A stretch of DNA of 64,000 nt from Camelus ferus (Eukaryota). The notes below the pieces were generated by a model, which saw only the letters and a program-made list of their open reading frames with translations, did not search any database and was not told the DNA's origin. The stretch's first letter is position 1; every line of letters starts with the position of its first letter. Where the stretch lies: the NCBI RefSeq assembly GCF_009834535.1, contig NC_045696.1:23934001-23998000 (forward strand), given 5' to 3'. The position numbers were made by a program, and so were the translations under genes. Positions 1-12,570 of this stretch are shown here, piece by piece.

Positions 1-445
1 ATCTTCCATTTCTGCAAACTGCTTGTTTACGTATTTGCTTGTATTTGCCTTATTAATTATAGGAATTCTTTAAATATTCATGATGTTAATCCTCTGTTGA
101 ATATATCCATTAGGAGTATTTTCTGTTTGCTTTTGCTTTCCATTTTAATTTTTAAATCATATTTTATAATCAACCAAAGTACACTTTAATGTATGTATAG
201 TATCAATCTTTTCTTTCATGATTTGTGCTTGTTTGTAGCTTGTTTAAAAAATCCCTTTCTAAAGTTCTTAAAGATAACCTCCAATATTTTCTTGTGAGAT
301 TTTACAGTACTTCTTTTTGGTTTTAAGTTTTAATTTATTTGGAATTGGTTTTTTTGCATGGTGTGGGGGTCGGCATAAAATTTAATGTTTTTCTGTAAGA
401 ATAACCAGTTTTTCTCAGCACTATATTTAGTAGTCCATGCTTTCC
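1..445 (-). mobile_element. Ancient L1 (L1M/L1ME-like) ORF2 fragment
   Basis: T-rich strand with typical antisense L1 phrases (ttttgcatggtgtg...aaccagtttttctcagcac); heavily decayed. Confidence 0.65.
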
Positions 446-1029
446 CTGCTCAGCCACACAGATTCTAGTTGCCTAATTCTCCCCAAGTTCTGATCCATGT
501 TTCTTCCATTCAAGGAAACCACTGTGTTCTGCAATGTGTCCCCCTTTCATGCACCGCAGCCCAGAAAGGGCCTCCAAGAAGAAATGTGGGGAAATTATAG
601 GGCTCATCTCATTTGTTTCCCTTCTTTCAGAGACCACAGTCTTGCAATATATCTATTTTTTGTCCAAAGTCTAAATACAATTGTTTCATATTTTTTCTAC
701 CCTTAATTCTTTATATCAAAAGGGCTGGTTCTGTACTAGTTAATCCATCCTGGCTAGAAGCAGAGCTCTGCATAGCACTTTACTCTTCAAAGAAATAGAG
801 ATGATCATGGTTAGGAAAAAAGTCTCAAAAATCAGCAATAGAATAACCCTCCCTGCCCCCATAGGATATGAATTTCCCTTTCTAAATACCCAATAAATGT
901 CTGTTTAGACTACACTTGATTATCTCCCGTAATGATGAGGCCACTATCTCCAAGGAAATGACATCTCAGGCTGGTAAGAAAGTCTCCTTTAGAACGAGCA
1001 GAACTCTGTCTCCTGGTAACTTTTGCACC

Positions 1030-1180
1030 ATCTGTTTTAGCGCTCAGGTCCACAGTAGAAGGTCTACTCTCTTTTCCACTACACGATCCTACAAATAGTT
1101 GAAGACAGCATCGTGTTCCCACAAACCAGCTCTTCTGCAGAATAAGCATGTCCGGTTTCTCTGATGTACTCCACAGTACC
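1030..1180. mobile_element. Possible CR1/L3 LINE fragment
   Basis: aaatagttgaagacagcatcgtgttccc...cttctgcagaataagcat resembles the remembered L3 segment aaatacttgaagacagctatcatgtccc...ttctccaggctaaacat. Confidence 0.4.
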
Positions 1181-1375
1181 GAGCAAGTCAGGTGGAAGCT
1201 GCTTTATTCTCCTCCCTGCCTTTAAGTATATGCCCCAACGCTTTTGAAATCTCAGAAGAAAATTGCCTTTAAAGCCCTCCTGTGCTTTTACCTTGGATTG
1301 GATATCCCTAATTTGATCAAAAGATCTCTCAGCTTTTGTAAACTGTGTTTGTACCTGGCATCTTTCAGAATATTC

Positions 1376-1841
1376 TGTTACCTAACCAAACTTGGGTCCT
1401 CTTAACCTTGGGCAGTAAAGCCAACCTACTGACACCAGGTTGTGGTGAAGGAAAGTGCAGTGTTTTATTGCAGAGCACCAAGCAAGCAGTCCAGGGCAGC
1501 TAGAGCTCAAAACACCTGAATTCCCCAATGAGTTTCAGGAAAGCATTTTTAAAGGCCTGGAGAAGGAGCGGAGTTTCAGGGAGTGTGATCAGCTGGTGCA
1601 CAATTCTCTGGCTGATTGATGGTTAAGTTAATAAGGCTTCATGGGCAAGTAGGCCTGTGGGCTACGTGCTCATGGTCATCAAGTGAAGTCTTCCATTTGG
1701 TGCGGGTTTTAACATCTATAAAACAGCTCAGGAAATGCGCAACAGATACTAGTATCAGGTACTTCAGAGAGGAGCCACAGCAGAGGACATGGGGGAAGGA
1801 GTTTGTCCAAGGAAGGTCCCATGGGATCCTGCTTGGTTACA
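1376..1841 (-). mobile_element. Solo ERV1-type LTR
   Basis: Begins tgtta, ends ttaca; flanks attc/atcc (4-bp TSD with one mismatch); tttatt gives a polyA signal on the minus strand; 466 bp. Confidence 0.8.
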
Positions 1842-2030
1842 ATCCCAGGACTAGTGAAAAGAGCCTTTTCATAGCTGTGCAGCCCAGAAAACATCCCTCC
1901 TAACCATGTTTTCAAATAAAGCCACAGGACAAGTAGATAATGGCTTCACTAATTGGAAAATGGGAAGCAGAAGACAGGGAGGAAAGCATAATTTTATTGA
2001 AGTACATGGTTCCATGTCCTAATTGATTAC

Positions 2031-2322
2031 TTTTTTTTTTAAAATTGATGTATAGTCAATTACAATGTGTCAGTTTCTGGTGTATAGCATAACCTCCTGA
2101 TCATTCATATACATACATATATTCATTTTTGTATTCTTTTCATTAAAGGTTATTATAAGATATTGAATCTAGTTCCCTGTGTTATACAGAAGAAATTTGT
2201 TTTTTAATCTATTTTTATATACAGTGGTTAACATTTGCAAATCTCAAACTCCCAAATTTGTCACTTCTCACCCCCTCTTCCTGGTAACCATAAGATTGTT
2301 TACTATGTTTGTGAGTCTGTTT
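2031..2322 (-). mobile_element. 5'-truncated L1 3' end (cetartiodactyl/camelid type)
   Basis: Poly-T then L1 3'UTR; degenerate TSD ctaattgattactt / ctaactgataactt; closely similar to the copies at 20865 and 60098. Confidence 0.9.
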
Positions 2323-3324
2323 CTAACTGATAACTTTAAGAATAAAATTAGACATAAAATTCCAGCCTCTAAAAGTTAGTGAACACATCAGAAGATCAGG
2401 GGTACTTTATAGTTTTGATATTATTTATTGCTTTATCCTAATACTGAGATATCAGCACTTTGAGTTTACTCTAAAATTAGGCTTATCTTACTCAATAAAT
2501 ATCTTATAGTCAAGTTAAAAAATGTATCATCTTGAAGAACACGTTCAACCTGCACCTCTCATTTCTAATAAGGACTAGTTTGGGGGCAGTGGGCTTCATA
2601 GCTTAATTCTGACAGTTTGTTTTTTAATTGGTTTCTGGTTCATTTCTTCAGGCTATGCCTTATTTCTTTCAGTCCCTAGGTCTGTGCTAATCTGCATAAC
2701 AGCATTAACAGAACATTGTGAAACATAATTCTCACTCATTAAAAAAATGCAGATGCTAAATGTCACCCATTTACATTTTAAAACAGTGATTTCCTTCAAT
2801 CTACTTTATCTTACTTAACTTTTAAAAAATAATTTCCCAAGGGCTAAAGTGTAGGAAACCCTTGGTAAGTAACTTTACCTCAGGCATTTTTTAATAGAGA
2901 TAGCAGTTCCACCAAAGTCTCCTCATTAGCATGTATCGTTTCACAGGGCTGTGAGGTGGTCTGCAGCTAAGGAGCAGCCAGAAACATCTTTGTTGTCTGA
3001 GACAGAACAGTTGATGGCTGATACTTGCTTTCTCTTCACAGACCCTTTATATGCCCAGTTAAACTGGTCTCAGAAATTCTTTGCTTCTTTATATAATGAT
3101 TAGGTTTAGACCTTTACACAGTGATTAGAATTAGATCTGATTTTGGAGTCAGGTATCTGGTTATTTAGTGCTACTACTTGTAGAGAGGTAACATTTTCCA
3201 GTGGCTTATGGTGAAAAAGAGGAGGAAAGAATAGAGTTGAAGTCTCTGATTTTTTTTTTTCCACATTACTTTTTTCATGTTACTCTAAGGCATGGCTGGA
3301 AAAAGAAAAGAAGCTGACCACATC

Positions 3325-3897
3325 TCAACATTTATAGCAGCACAATTTATGATAGCCAAGACATAAAAGCAACCTAAATGTCCATGAACAGATGGATAAA
3401 GAAGACGTGGCTCATATACAGTGGAATATTACTTAGTTATGAAAAAGAATGAAATAATGCCATTTGCAGCAACATGGATGGACCTAGAGATTATCATACT
3501 AAGTGAAGTAAGTCAGACAAAGGCAAGTATAATATGATATCACTTATATGTGAAATCTTAAAAACGATACAAATGAACTTATTTACGAAACAGAAATAGA
3601 CTTGCAGGCATAGAAAACAAACTTACAGTTACCAAAGGGGAAAGCACGGGGAGGGATAAATTAGGAATTTGGAATCAATGGATACACACTACTATATATA
3701 AAACAGATAAATAACAAGAACATACTGTATAACACAGGGAACTATATTCAGTTTCTTGTAATAAGCTATAATGGAAAAGAATCTGGAAAAGAATATATAT
3801 ATATGTCTGAATCACTTTGCTATGTACTTGAAACTAAGACAAAATTGTAAATCAACTATACTTCAATAAAATTTTTTTTAATATTGAAAAAAAAAAG
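3325..3897 (+). mobile_element. L1 3' end (ORF2 C-terminus plus 3'UTR, L1_Art-like)
   Basis: gccatttgcagcaacatggatggacctagagattatcatactaagtgaagtaagtcagac (PFAATWMDLEIIILSEVSQ), followed by aataaa and an A-rich tail. Confidence 0.92.
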
Positions 3898-4149
3898 CTA
3901 ATTGTAAAATAGGCCTGAGAGTTAATCTCAAAGGAGGGGTTGGATAGCTACTGCAGGCTTTTCCAGGCAAAGGACCAGAATATGAACAGAAAGGAGTATC
4001 CTGCAACTTGCATTATTTCTTCTTTGCCTTATTTTTCTAATACTTGCTGAGTATAGGTGACCAGGGACCCATAGGCATTTATCAGCACCCAGTAGAGATT
4101 AAGAGCTTTCTAACTTTAAATTTTTCATTAACTTCTCTGGCTCCACTCC

Positions 4150-4467
4150 ACTTCCAATTTTCTTTTGTCAATTTACCAAAATATATTACATGCTTACTGT
4201 GGGCCACACCTTATGCTAGGTACTGAAAACACAAAAATACATGTGAAGATCCTTGCTTTGAAGGAGTTCACAGACAAGGCAATGAAACAGTGAATCGAGG
4301 GAGTTCAAGAAGGCTTAAGACGGAGGTGTGCCAGGTCAAAACTGCAACTGTAGTGGGTCAGAGAGAACGCCTGAAAGAGATAATACATGAACTGGATCTT
4401 GACAGATGAGCAGTTTGCTAGACAATGAAGGGGTAAAGGTCATGAAGGCATTCAGAAGAGTGAGAAA
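4150..4467 (-). mobile_element. L2 fragment, interrupted by the LTR at 4468
   Basis: Antisense L2 3' motifs (atgcttactgtgggccacacc...ccttgctttgaaggagttcacag). Confidence 0.6.
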
Positions 4468-4926
4468 TGTGGATGAAAAACATCATCTGCCATATCAGTA
4501 AACAAAGGATGCTGCAGTCATCAAGCCATCAGCCACTGCAGCCACTGCCAGCTGTGTACCCTGAGAGGATTCAGGATGGAGAAAAACAGGATGCTGGCCC
4601 TAGGTAGTTAAGATGCATATCAAAGGGATGAGTTTAATAAGCCCAGAATCTTGCATCTTCCCATACAAGGAAAAGTGCTAATTTCATCAACTTGAGATGT
4701 CTGGGGTTTTTTTTTAATTAGCAATAAGTAACCTTTTGATTTTATGATGACTTGGTTTTTGTTGCAAAAACGCCTATGTACCCTGGCCTGGCTCCTTCCT
4801 TACCTCTTCGGAGCAATCCCTCAGAGTTATCTGAGAGGCTGCCCCTGGGCTTGAAGTCTTCAGAAAGTCCACCAAATAAAACATAATTTTCAACTTCTTG
4901 GTTGAGCAGTAGTTTTTCAGTTGGCA
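4468..4926 (+). mobile_element. Solo ERV1-type LTR with perfect 4-bp TSD
   Basis: TG...CA termini (tgtgg...tggca), gaaa on both flanks (4464-4467, 4927-4930), aataaa near the 3' end; 459 bp. Confidence 0.88.
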
Positions 4927-6499
4927 GAAAGGAGTCATCTGGTGCAGCAGCGTGGACACTGATGAAGTGTGATGACCTCAGATAACGCCAAGTGGTTTAG
5001 TGTGGTGGGACGCTAGGCGTTTGTAACTATATTTTGAGCAATTTGCTCAATATTGTGCGGAAGTGACTGAAGCAGGATTTTAAACCAGAGCTTCCTGAAC
5101 CTAAAAGCCTGTACCCTTAACCCTGACTACACATACCATATAATTTTAAAACATGCCGTCAAAATTAGATATTTGGCAATTTAAACAGTTTGTCTCTGTG
5201 ACTGTTCTTTTGCCAAAGTACAGACGTTAGATGTCAATTAAGCAGATATTCTCAGACAAATTTCACCTCAGATGAAATAAACAGACCTCATTTTGCTGTT
5301 TTTATTACAAAAGGTTTTTAGTTCCATTTCTATAATAAGTATTATTTGTCTAAAATTTCATGCTTAGCCTTTAAAAATAAGAGAAGATCTCACTCAGGTA
5401 GTTTTCTATCAATGGCAATTTAATTGCCAGGACCTACTTGAACTAAAGTAATAATAGGATTCCATTCAGGTAAAGAGAGGAGAATTTGAGCTTTCAGTCA
5501 CAAACACAACTCTGTTCTGCAAGAAAATCATTTTGTCTTCAACTGCCTTAATCTTTTTCTCAAATAACCTCAATTACATTTTGTTCATTCTATTATCAGA
5601 TTCTTCAGAGACTGAAAGGCACAATTTTGTTGTCATATTTTATTTTAAGTGGATCGGGTTTGGAGACAACGCGGTACAGAAACATCAACAGGATTATCTT
5701 CCCTATCAGGTAAAGGATGATGATCTCAAGTCTTTGAAGCTTTCAGCAGAATAGTTCTGAAAGCAGTGATGGAATCCAGGGAGGGGGGAGGTGGAGATGG
5801 CAAAAGGCCACTGCTTTCCCAGAAATTTCCTTCCAAAATCTTAGACCTTGCACAAACATCCAAATACCATTAACTGCAGTAATTGCATTATTTGCAACCT
5901 GAGCTGAATTTAGGCCAGGTTATTTGTTAATTCGCTTGTCTGTTTTAAGATCGGTGTTTCACAAATAAAACCATGTTTATGCTAAAACAAAAGTTAAATT
6001 CATGTTACCACTACAAAGATGAAAATGTCTACAAAATCAGTTTGTTTTACTTTTTAGAAAAGGACAGATATCGAAAAACATTATTTGTAAAGCATTAGTC
6101 TCAGAACCCAGAAGTGACTTCCGGCCAACAGGACTCTGTGACTGAACACAGTAATGAATTAGGAGACAGAGATGCTAGTCCGAAATCTTTCACTACTAAT
6201 TGTGAGAATGTTAATGAGATATTCAACTTCTGAGCTTTCGTTTTTTATTACAAAGACAGTGAATAGGGCGAGATGTCCGTAAGATCCATTCTTACTTGAA
6301 TGTTTATAATTGTAATTCAAAAAGAAGGGATTTAGGTATAACATCTTCATTTTGCTCCATCCAAGGTTGAATGACACCCACTTATCATGGAATTTCTAGG
6401 AGGTTCCATTAGCTTCCTGTTATTTCACAGAACTTCAGACTTAGGCTTATCTAGTAATTTCACAAAAGGGTGGGTTTGCCAAGTATTTTGGGTATTGAA

Positions 6500-7025
6500 T
6501 TAACAAGATTTGATGGTGTCTGACAACGGAATGAAGGTGAAGGACGTGTCAAAGATGCAAGGCATAAACCAGTGGGTCAATGGTGAAATTGGAAACCCTG
6601 GGAAAGAACAATATTGAAGGAAGAGATCGAAACTTTAATTTTGAACTATTTAAGTTTGGGATGCTTCTAGTCACCAAGTGTATATGCTGTTAAATATATA
6701 AGTCTGCATTTTAGAAGAGAAGTTAGGCAGGGAGATATAAATATAGAAGTCATCAGCATATAATTGGTATTTTAAACCAAAAATGCTGATGAGGCAGACT
6801 AAGGAAAGAGTGCAGATTGCAAAGACAGGGGGCTTGGGAATAAGTACCAAAACATTCCCACATTTACAATTTTGGGAGAGAAAGATGAACTTGCAAAGGA
6901 CCAAACAAATTGCCAGAGGCAGGAGAAAATCAGGAGAGTGAATGTAATGGAACCTAATGTCAGGGAAGTATCAACAAAAAGGGAAAAGCCGCCTATACTG
7001 AATGCTCGCAAAAGGATGGGACAGA
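6500..7025 (-). mobile_element. L2 fragment
   Basis: aagtttgggatgct...gagatataaat...gtcatcagcatataattggtatttt is typical antisense L2. Confidence 0.7.
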
Positions 7026-7514
7026 GGACAAGGGGTCAAGATGGAGTAGGAAGCTTACTCTCTGACACACCTCTTCTGATTCACAGATACATAGGTAAAA
7101 TAGAAGATGCAAAATAGTTACACAGCCAGGCTTCCAAACAAGATGAACAAATATTCCCACGGATATAAATGGAAAATAACTCAACATGATTAGTGATGTT
7201 AATGCCAAGGGTAGGCAGGGGTGGAGGGGGGAAGGGAGGCAGGTGTTGAAAGCCTGATTGCTTGTGTGACATGGCCTGAGAGTTTAGGAGACTGGTCAGG
7301 CTTGCTTAAGTCAGGAGCAGGGATGGGGTTGAAAATATTCCTCCCCTTCATTGTTCAGGACTGTGATTTATATCACTTAATCTAGGGTTGTGCAAAGACC
7401 CAGGCATAGTTGTATGATTCACCAACATCTTACTGTGAAGCAGAAAACTGTGTCTACCACTGTGAAACCTGGTTCTGGACTGACTTGCAGAAGCTGAGTG
7501 GACCTCCAGGCCTT

Positions 7515-8660
7515 GGAGTGCCCCAGGGCCCAGTCTTCACAACTTCTTCTCCAGCTAGAGTCACTCTATGGTGACACAGTCCATGCTCATGTTTTTAAAT
7601 ACCATCCATATCCTGAAGACCCTTAAGTTTATGTTTCCAGCTTTGACCTTCCCCTGAGCTTCAGATTCACACATCTAATGGCCTATTTGATGTCCCCACT
7701 TGGATATTTCAAAAGACAGCTCCTAATTTCATCCCCCAAACTTTGCTCCTCTCCTAGTCTTCCCTGTCTTAGTTAATGGAAGCTACCCTTTCCATACATG
7801 AGACTGAAAACCTGAGTGTAATTTTTGGCTCTTCTTTTTCTTTTATCCCACATCCAATCTGCCAGCAAATCCTTACAGCTCCACCTTCATTCACTGTGAC
7901 CACCTCTCATTATCTCCAAAATTATCACCCTGGTTCACGCTACCATCACCTCTCTCCTGGATTATTGCAATTCTTTGGTGGTCCCCCTCACTGCTGCTGC
8001 CCTCCGATTGTCTGTTCTCAGTATGGCAGCTGACGGAGCCTTGAAACACACCCGTCATGTCCTATCACGATGTGGCTCAGTGTTTGAGAAGCTTTCCATC
8101 TCTCCAGGGCAAAGTCCAAAGTATAACGCCCGGCACAATCTGCTGCCTCTCTGACCTCCTGACCAGCTCTTCCCCTTGCTATGTCCACCCCAGCCTCACT
8201 ATTCTTTGATGTTCCTTGCACACAAACACAGGAGTCATGTTTGCTTTTCCCTCTAACTGTAATGTTCTCCTAAAGAGCCGCAGGTCACCCTCTCACTTCC
8301 TTTAGCCTTTTCTCAAACATAGCCCTTCAATGAACCCTTTCCTGGTCACTCTATTAGAAACTGTAAAAGCTGTCATAGGCATGCCCTGTCTCCCTTTCTT
8401 GCCTTATTTTTCTCCACAGCACTTTCTATCATCTGGCACATTCACCACTGCACACGTGTATTCATATATGATCTGTCTCCCTCTTACCAGAAAATAAACT
8501 CCACGAGACCAAGTTTTTTTTTGTTGTTGTTGTTGTTCTGTTCTGTTTTTTAAATCTCTGTCATTCACTTCAATATCCCTAAGTGCCTAATACTCTGCCC
8601 ATGAGAAGTTCTCAGTAAATCTTCATTGAGTGAATGAGTAAAGCAAGGATAAATGGAGAC
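7515..8660 (+). mobile_element. L2 (L2a-like) 3' portion, ~1.1 kb
   Basis: C/T-rich L2 body ending gtgcctaa...ctcagtaaat...gagtgaatgagt. Confidence 0.85.
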
Positions 8661-8779
8661 AGAAAAGACAAACAAAACAAAATAAAAACCCAAATTCCAT
8701 ATACACAAAAAAATCCCACCCACTGAAAATGAGCCTGTGAACTGAAATTTTAACATCTTTGACTACATCTTCTAAAGAC

Positions 8780-8975
8780 AGCCAAATTAACATGGATGAA
8801 CCTCAAAACATGGGTAAGCCTAATGGTACATAGTGTATTATACCAAGTAGATAAAATTTTAGAACATAAAGAATGATGTCATCTATTGTTTAGATATTCA
8901 TGTGTAAGTAGTAAATGTATAAAAACATTAATCAGATAATGGTAAATTCAAGTTGTTACCTGTGCTGAAGGAGAG
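8780..8975 (+). mobile_element. L1ME 3' fragment
   Basis: aacatggatgaacctcaaaacat...ttcaagttgttacct. Confidence 0.5.
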
Positions 8976-10302
8976 AGGGGCCTGAGTTTCTGGACAAGCA
9001 CACAGGGCTTTAGTTCCTTCAGAAGCCATTTGCAAGAGGATGACTGTAATGAGGGCCTGTGGAGTTTCCACTGAATATGCCCAGGAGGGAAGGAGACTTG
9101 GGGGCTAATGGACTGGGAGAGACCTATGGTTCCAAGGTTATGCAAACCTGTGATGGAAGAATGACCACTTGAGCTGGATGAATGGGGGTCATGGCTGACT
9201 CACAAGTCTTTTCTTGGAGGTCTCCTCCCTCAGACGGTTTCACAAGTTGCATGGGACAGTTATCAATGTGCTGAGTAAGTCCTGGGTTCTGCACTTTCAA
9301 AGCACACAACTGACCATCTCTGCCAGGCTCTACAACCAGCCCTGGGCCTGAGCTATAAAAAATTCCATATCAGTTGAGCAGATACCTGTAGTCTTGGTGA
9401 TGAGTCCAGCCTTTTGGTTCAAAATCTCTATACCTTATAGTAAATTTTCTCCTAGAGTTTTCATTGTCCTTTCTGGTTTTGGGGCAAAAGCTATTCTATC
9501 CTATTGATATGGTTTGTGACCCCGAGTCTCGGTGTTTGTTAGATATGCAATCCCTTTACTCATGTGCGATGCCTCAGCTTCCTTAGTGAGTTATTTGAGG
9601 TCCACCTCTGCAGCATCCATGCCCAAAAGCGAATGAGTATGTTGGGGGAGGGGCAGGCACGTATCTTAAGGCATGAGCTTGGAGAGTCCTCTCACTTTCT
9701 GTGAACACTTCCCAGAAGTGGCATCTTTTAAATGAAAAAAAAAAAAAATTAAAAGCACTCTGTGATGACTATGATGAAATACGTTAATGGAAACCATGTG
9801 AAAGCAAGAGCCAAGCAAAGCAGGCAGTTAAAGTGCAGGGACTTCCTGCAGCCTTGCTGCCCGGCTCTCCCCTCCCGCCACCATTGGTGAGCTTGCCTTG
9901 CCTCTGGAGAGTGGAGAGGTCGTAAGTCACCTGCCACGAGTAGCTGTGCCACAGGCAATCTGTCCTTACACCTTCATGTCTTTTCTTTCATCAAGTAGAA
10001 CTTTCTTCCTTGTATTTCTGAATTAAATTCTTCTGATACTCCAAAGGCCAGTGTAAATGCTTTAAACCTTCCGTAATCTTCCAAATCCAAGTGACCTTTC
10101 TCTTCTCTGAGTTCAAGTATTCTTTGTCCTGCTGTGCCAACATACTCGTTCGTTTTTATAGGCTGTAGTTTCCTTACCAAACTGTCAGTTACTTCCTATC
10201 AGGAACCAAATCCCAACATCTTTGTCCTTAGTAAAATGCTTTGCCTCTAAGTAAAGAATTAATTAGTAGCTATTTGCTAAGTTGAAATATACTATTTATT
10301 GT

Positions 10303-10685
10303 TGTGGTAGAAGTTACTAATTCTTACTAAGATTTCTGGTTCGCCTCTCCTTTCAGAACTTACATATGGTCATGTGACTTTCTTTGGCCAACAAAATTTG
10401 ATCAAAAATGAAGTGTGCCAGTTCTCAACTAATGCATTTAAGAGTGATGTGCCCTTTCCCACACTCCCTTTTCACTTGCTGTGGAAGCCCACGAACACGG
10501 CAGTGCTCCCGGAGCAAAGCAGCCTTCAGGGTGGAGCTTCTACACTGGGGACAGTTCCCTGGAGAGTTGCTTAAACCCAAAGAGCACTTTATGTGAGTAA
10601 GAAATTAGCTTAAGATGGGTTAGGCTACTGAGATTTGAGGGGTGTTGGTCACCATTGCTTGACCTAATTTATTCTGAGGCATATA
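10303..10685 (+). mobile_element. MaLR LTR (MLT1J/K-like)
   Basis: tgtgg start; catgtgactttctttggccaa; ctgagatttgaggggtgttgg near the end. Confidence 0.75.
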
Positions 10686-10734
10686 GTACTACAACAAAAA
10701 GGAATTCCATCAATAAAAGAAAAAAAGAGAAACA

Positions 10735-10905
10735 CTTGAATTCAAATCCTAGATTTGCCACTTAATAGCAGCGTGACTTTAGAGAAGGTAAGAGATCTTA
10801 CACCTCATCTGTAAAGCAAAATTTACTACTACCTACATTGCAGAGTTATTATAAGTTTATAGAAAAGGCACAAATATTTATCATATAGTGAATGCTCAAT
10901 AAATA
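10735..10905 (+). mobile_element. MIR SINE
   Basis: ttcaaatcctagatttgccactt...cctcatctgtaaa...tgctcaataaat MIR core. Confidence 0.75.
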
Positions 10906-11689
10906 GGATCCAGCATTTCCTGAACAGTTTGTGATCTTTCTGAGATTAAAAAATACATATCTTTATATACATATATATAAAATCTATCATTATCTCTATA
11001 TCTCTGTCATATATTTAGGCACTTTCTGCATCATTTAGCACAATGCCAAGCCTAGGAAAGTTGGGTGATTAAGCTGAATATATTCAATAGAGTACCTATA
11101 GACCATACAATGAGACGTTTAAAGAGGCACTCAGAGACCATTTGTAAATCAACACAGAATGAAAATGAAGTCTGAATATAAAGCTGACCCTGACCTCAGA
11201 GAGTCATGTGTTCTTAAATGATGAACTGAACTTGCACAATATCTCCAATGCGTTGGTCCCAGCCCTTCAACATACGCATCATACTCTTTGTTCTCACTGC
11301 CTTGTTGCCAGACATTTGTTCTGTAATTAACCTTGGAAAACTCCCACCCTTCATCTTTCCTTTTCTTGCATCCTTCCTAATATATCATTTAGCCAGTTCA
11401 GGGTCTTGGCTTGATTCAGTGTCTAAGGTTTGAATTCTCAGACTCATTACACATTGGCAATATCCCATGGTCGTCATCAACATTAGCCATTTCTATCAAA
11501 TAGAAAATTAATTATTCTGCTTAATAAAATTCATGATTTTTAAAAAAAATTTTTTGTTTGCCCAAAAAAGATTTGAGGTTAAAAAATTCCCTCATTAAAA
11601 AAATGGTATTTTGTTTTAAAAGTCAACATAATTTTGACTCATAGAGCTTTAAAGAGTGGTTTGGAAGACATTTGAGGATGTCAGGAAAA

Positions 11690-11905
11690 GATCACTGATT
11701 TTGGAATAAGAGGTGGATCTGAATTCCAGCTTCTCTACTTAACAGCTGTTTACTTTGGGTAAGTAAGCTTTTTTTTTTTTTTTTTTTTACCTCTTTGTCT
11801 CACTTCCCTTAAGTTCAGATAATAATAATATTTACATCTTAGAATTTTGTGATTTAATGAAATAACCTAAATAATCCATGTAAAACACATTAGCAAAGTG
11901 ACTAC
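11690..11905 (+). mobile_element. MIR SINE with internal poly-T
   Basis: ctgaattccagcttctctacttaacagctgtt...ttgggtaagt MIR core. Confidence 0.65.
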
Positions 11906-12259
11906 CATGAAATTAACTCTGGATGAAAATGCAGATCCCTGTCATTTTGGAAGTCACAATTTACTTAGGAGATGTATGGACAAATGTGAAATTGAAGAAA
12001 GAGCCCTGTAGAACTTAGCTTAAGTGAGCACATTTATCTGTAAAAAGGGCAATTAAAGGTTGACCTCTGTAGTAAGGATTTTAGTTGTACCAGGAGGGCA
12101 GAGGAGTAAAAGGCTAGTAAGTGCAGAGTAGAGATCTTCACCAGAAAATCTTAAAGTGTAATCAATCAACAGTGCAATCCAGGATTTGAGATTTAATCTG
12201 AACTCTGAAGTATGACCACAACTTGGATAGAGATATTATATGGGTGGTAGAAGGGACAG

Positions 12260-12570
12260 CATGAGCTACTATGCTATAGGGATAATTTTTTTCATATATG
12301 GAAAAGAATGAGATGATTAGCTAATTGGAGCTGAGAGCTTGCTTTGGGGACCAACACACAAAAAAAACTGGACAGAGGGATTGCACATGTTTAGGGAAGA
12401 TCTGAAATATGCAAAGGCACTTTTCACTTTATTCTGAAGGAATCTGTAGCCCTTGAAGGGTAGTGATGTGATAGGACAGTGCTTTAGTGTGATTTCTCTG
12501 GCTGTTCTGTCTGCAGAATGGTATCATTTGTAGAAAATTTGGGGGGCAAAGTGCTTGTTAGGTGAAGATG
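12260..12570 (-). mobile_element. L2 fragment
   Basis: ttcactttattctgaagg...gtgatgtgat...ctctggctg. Confidence 0.5.
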
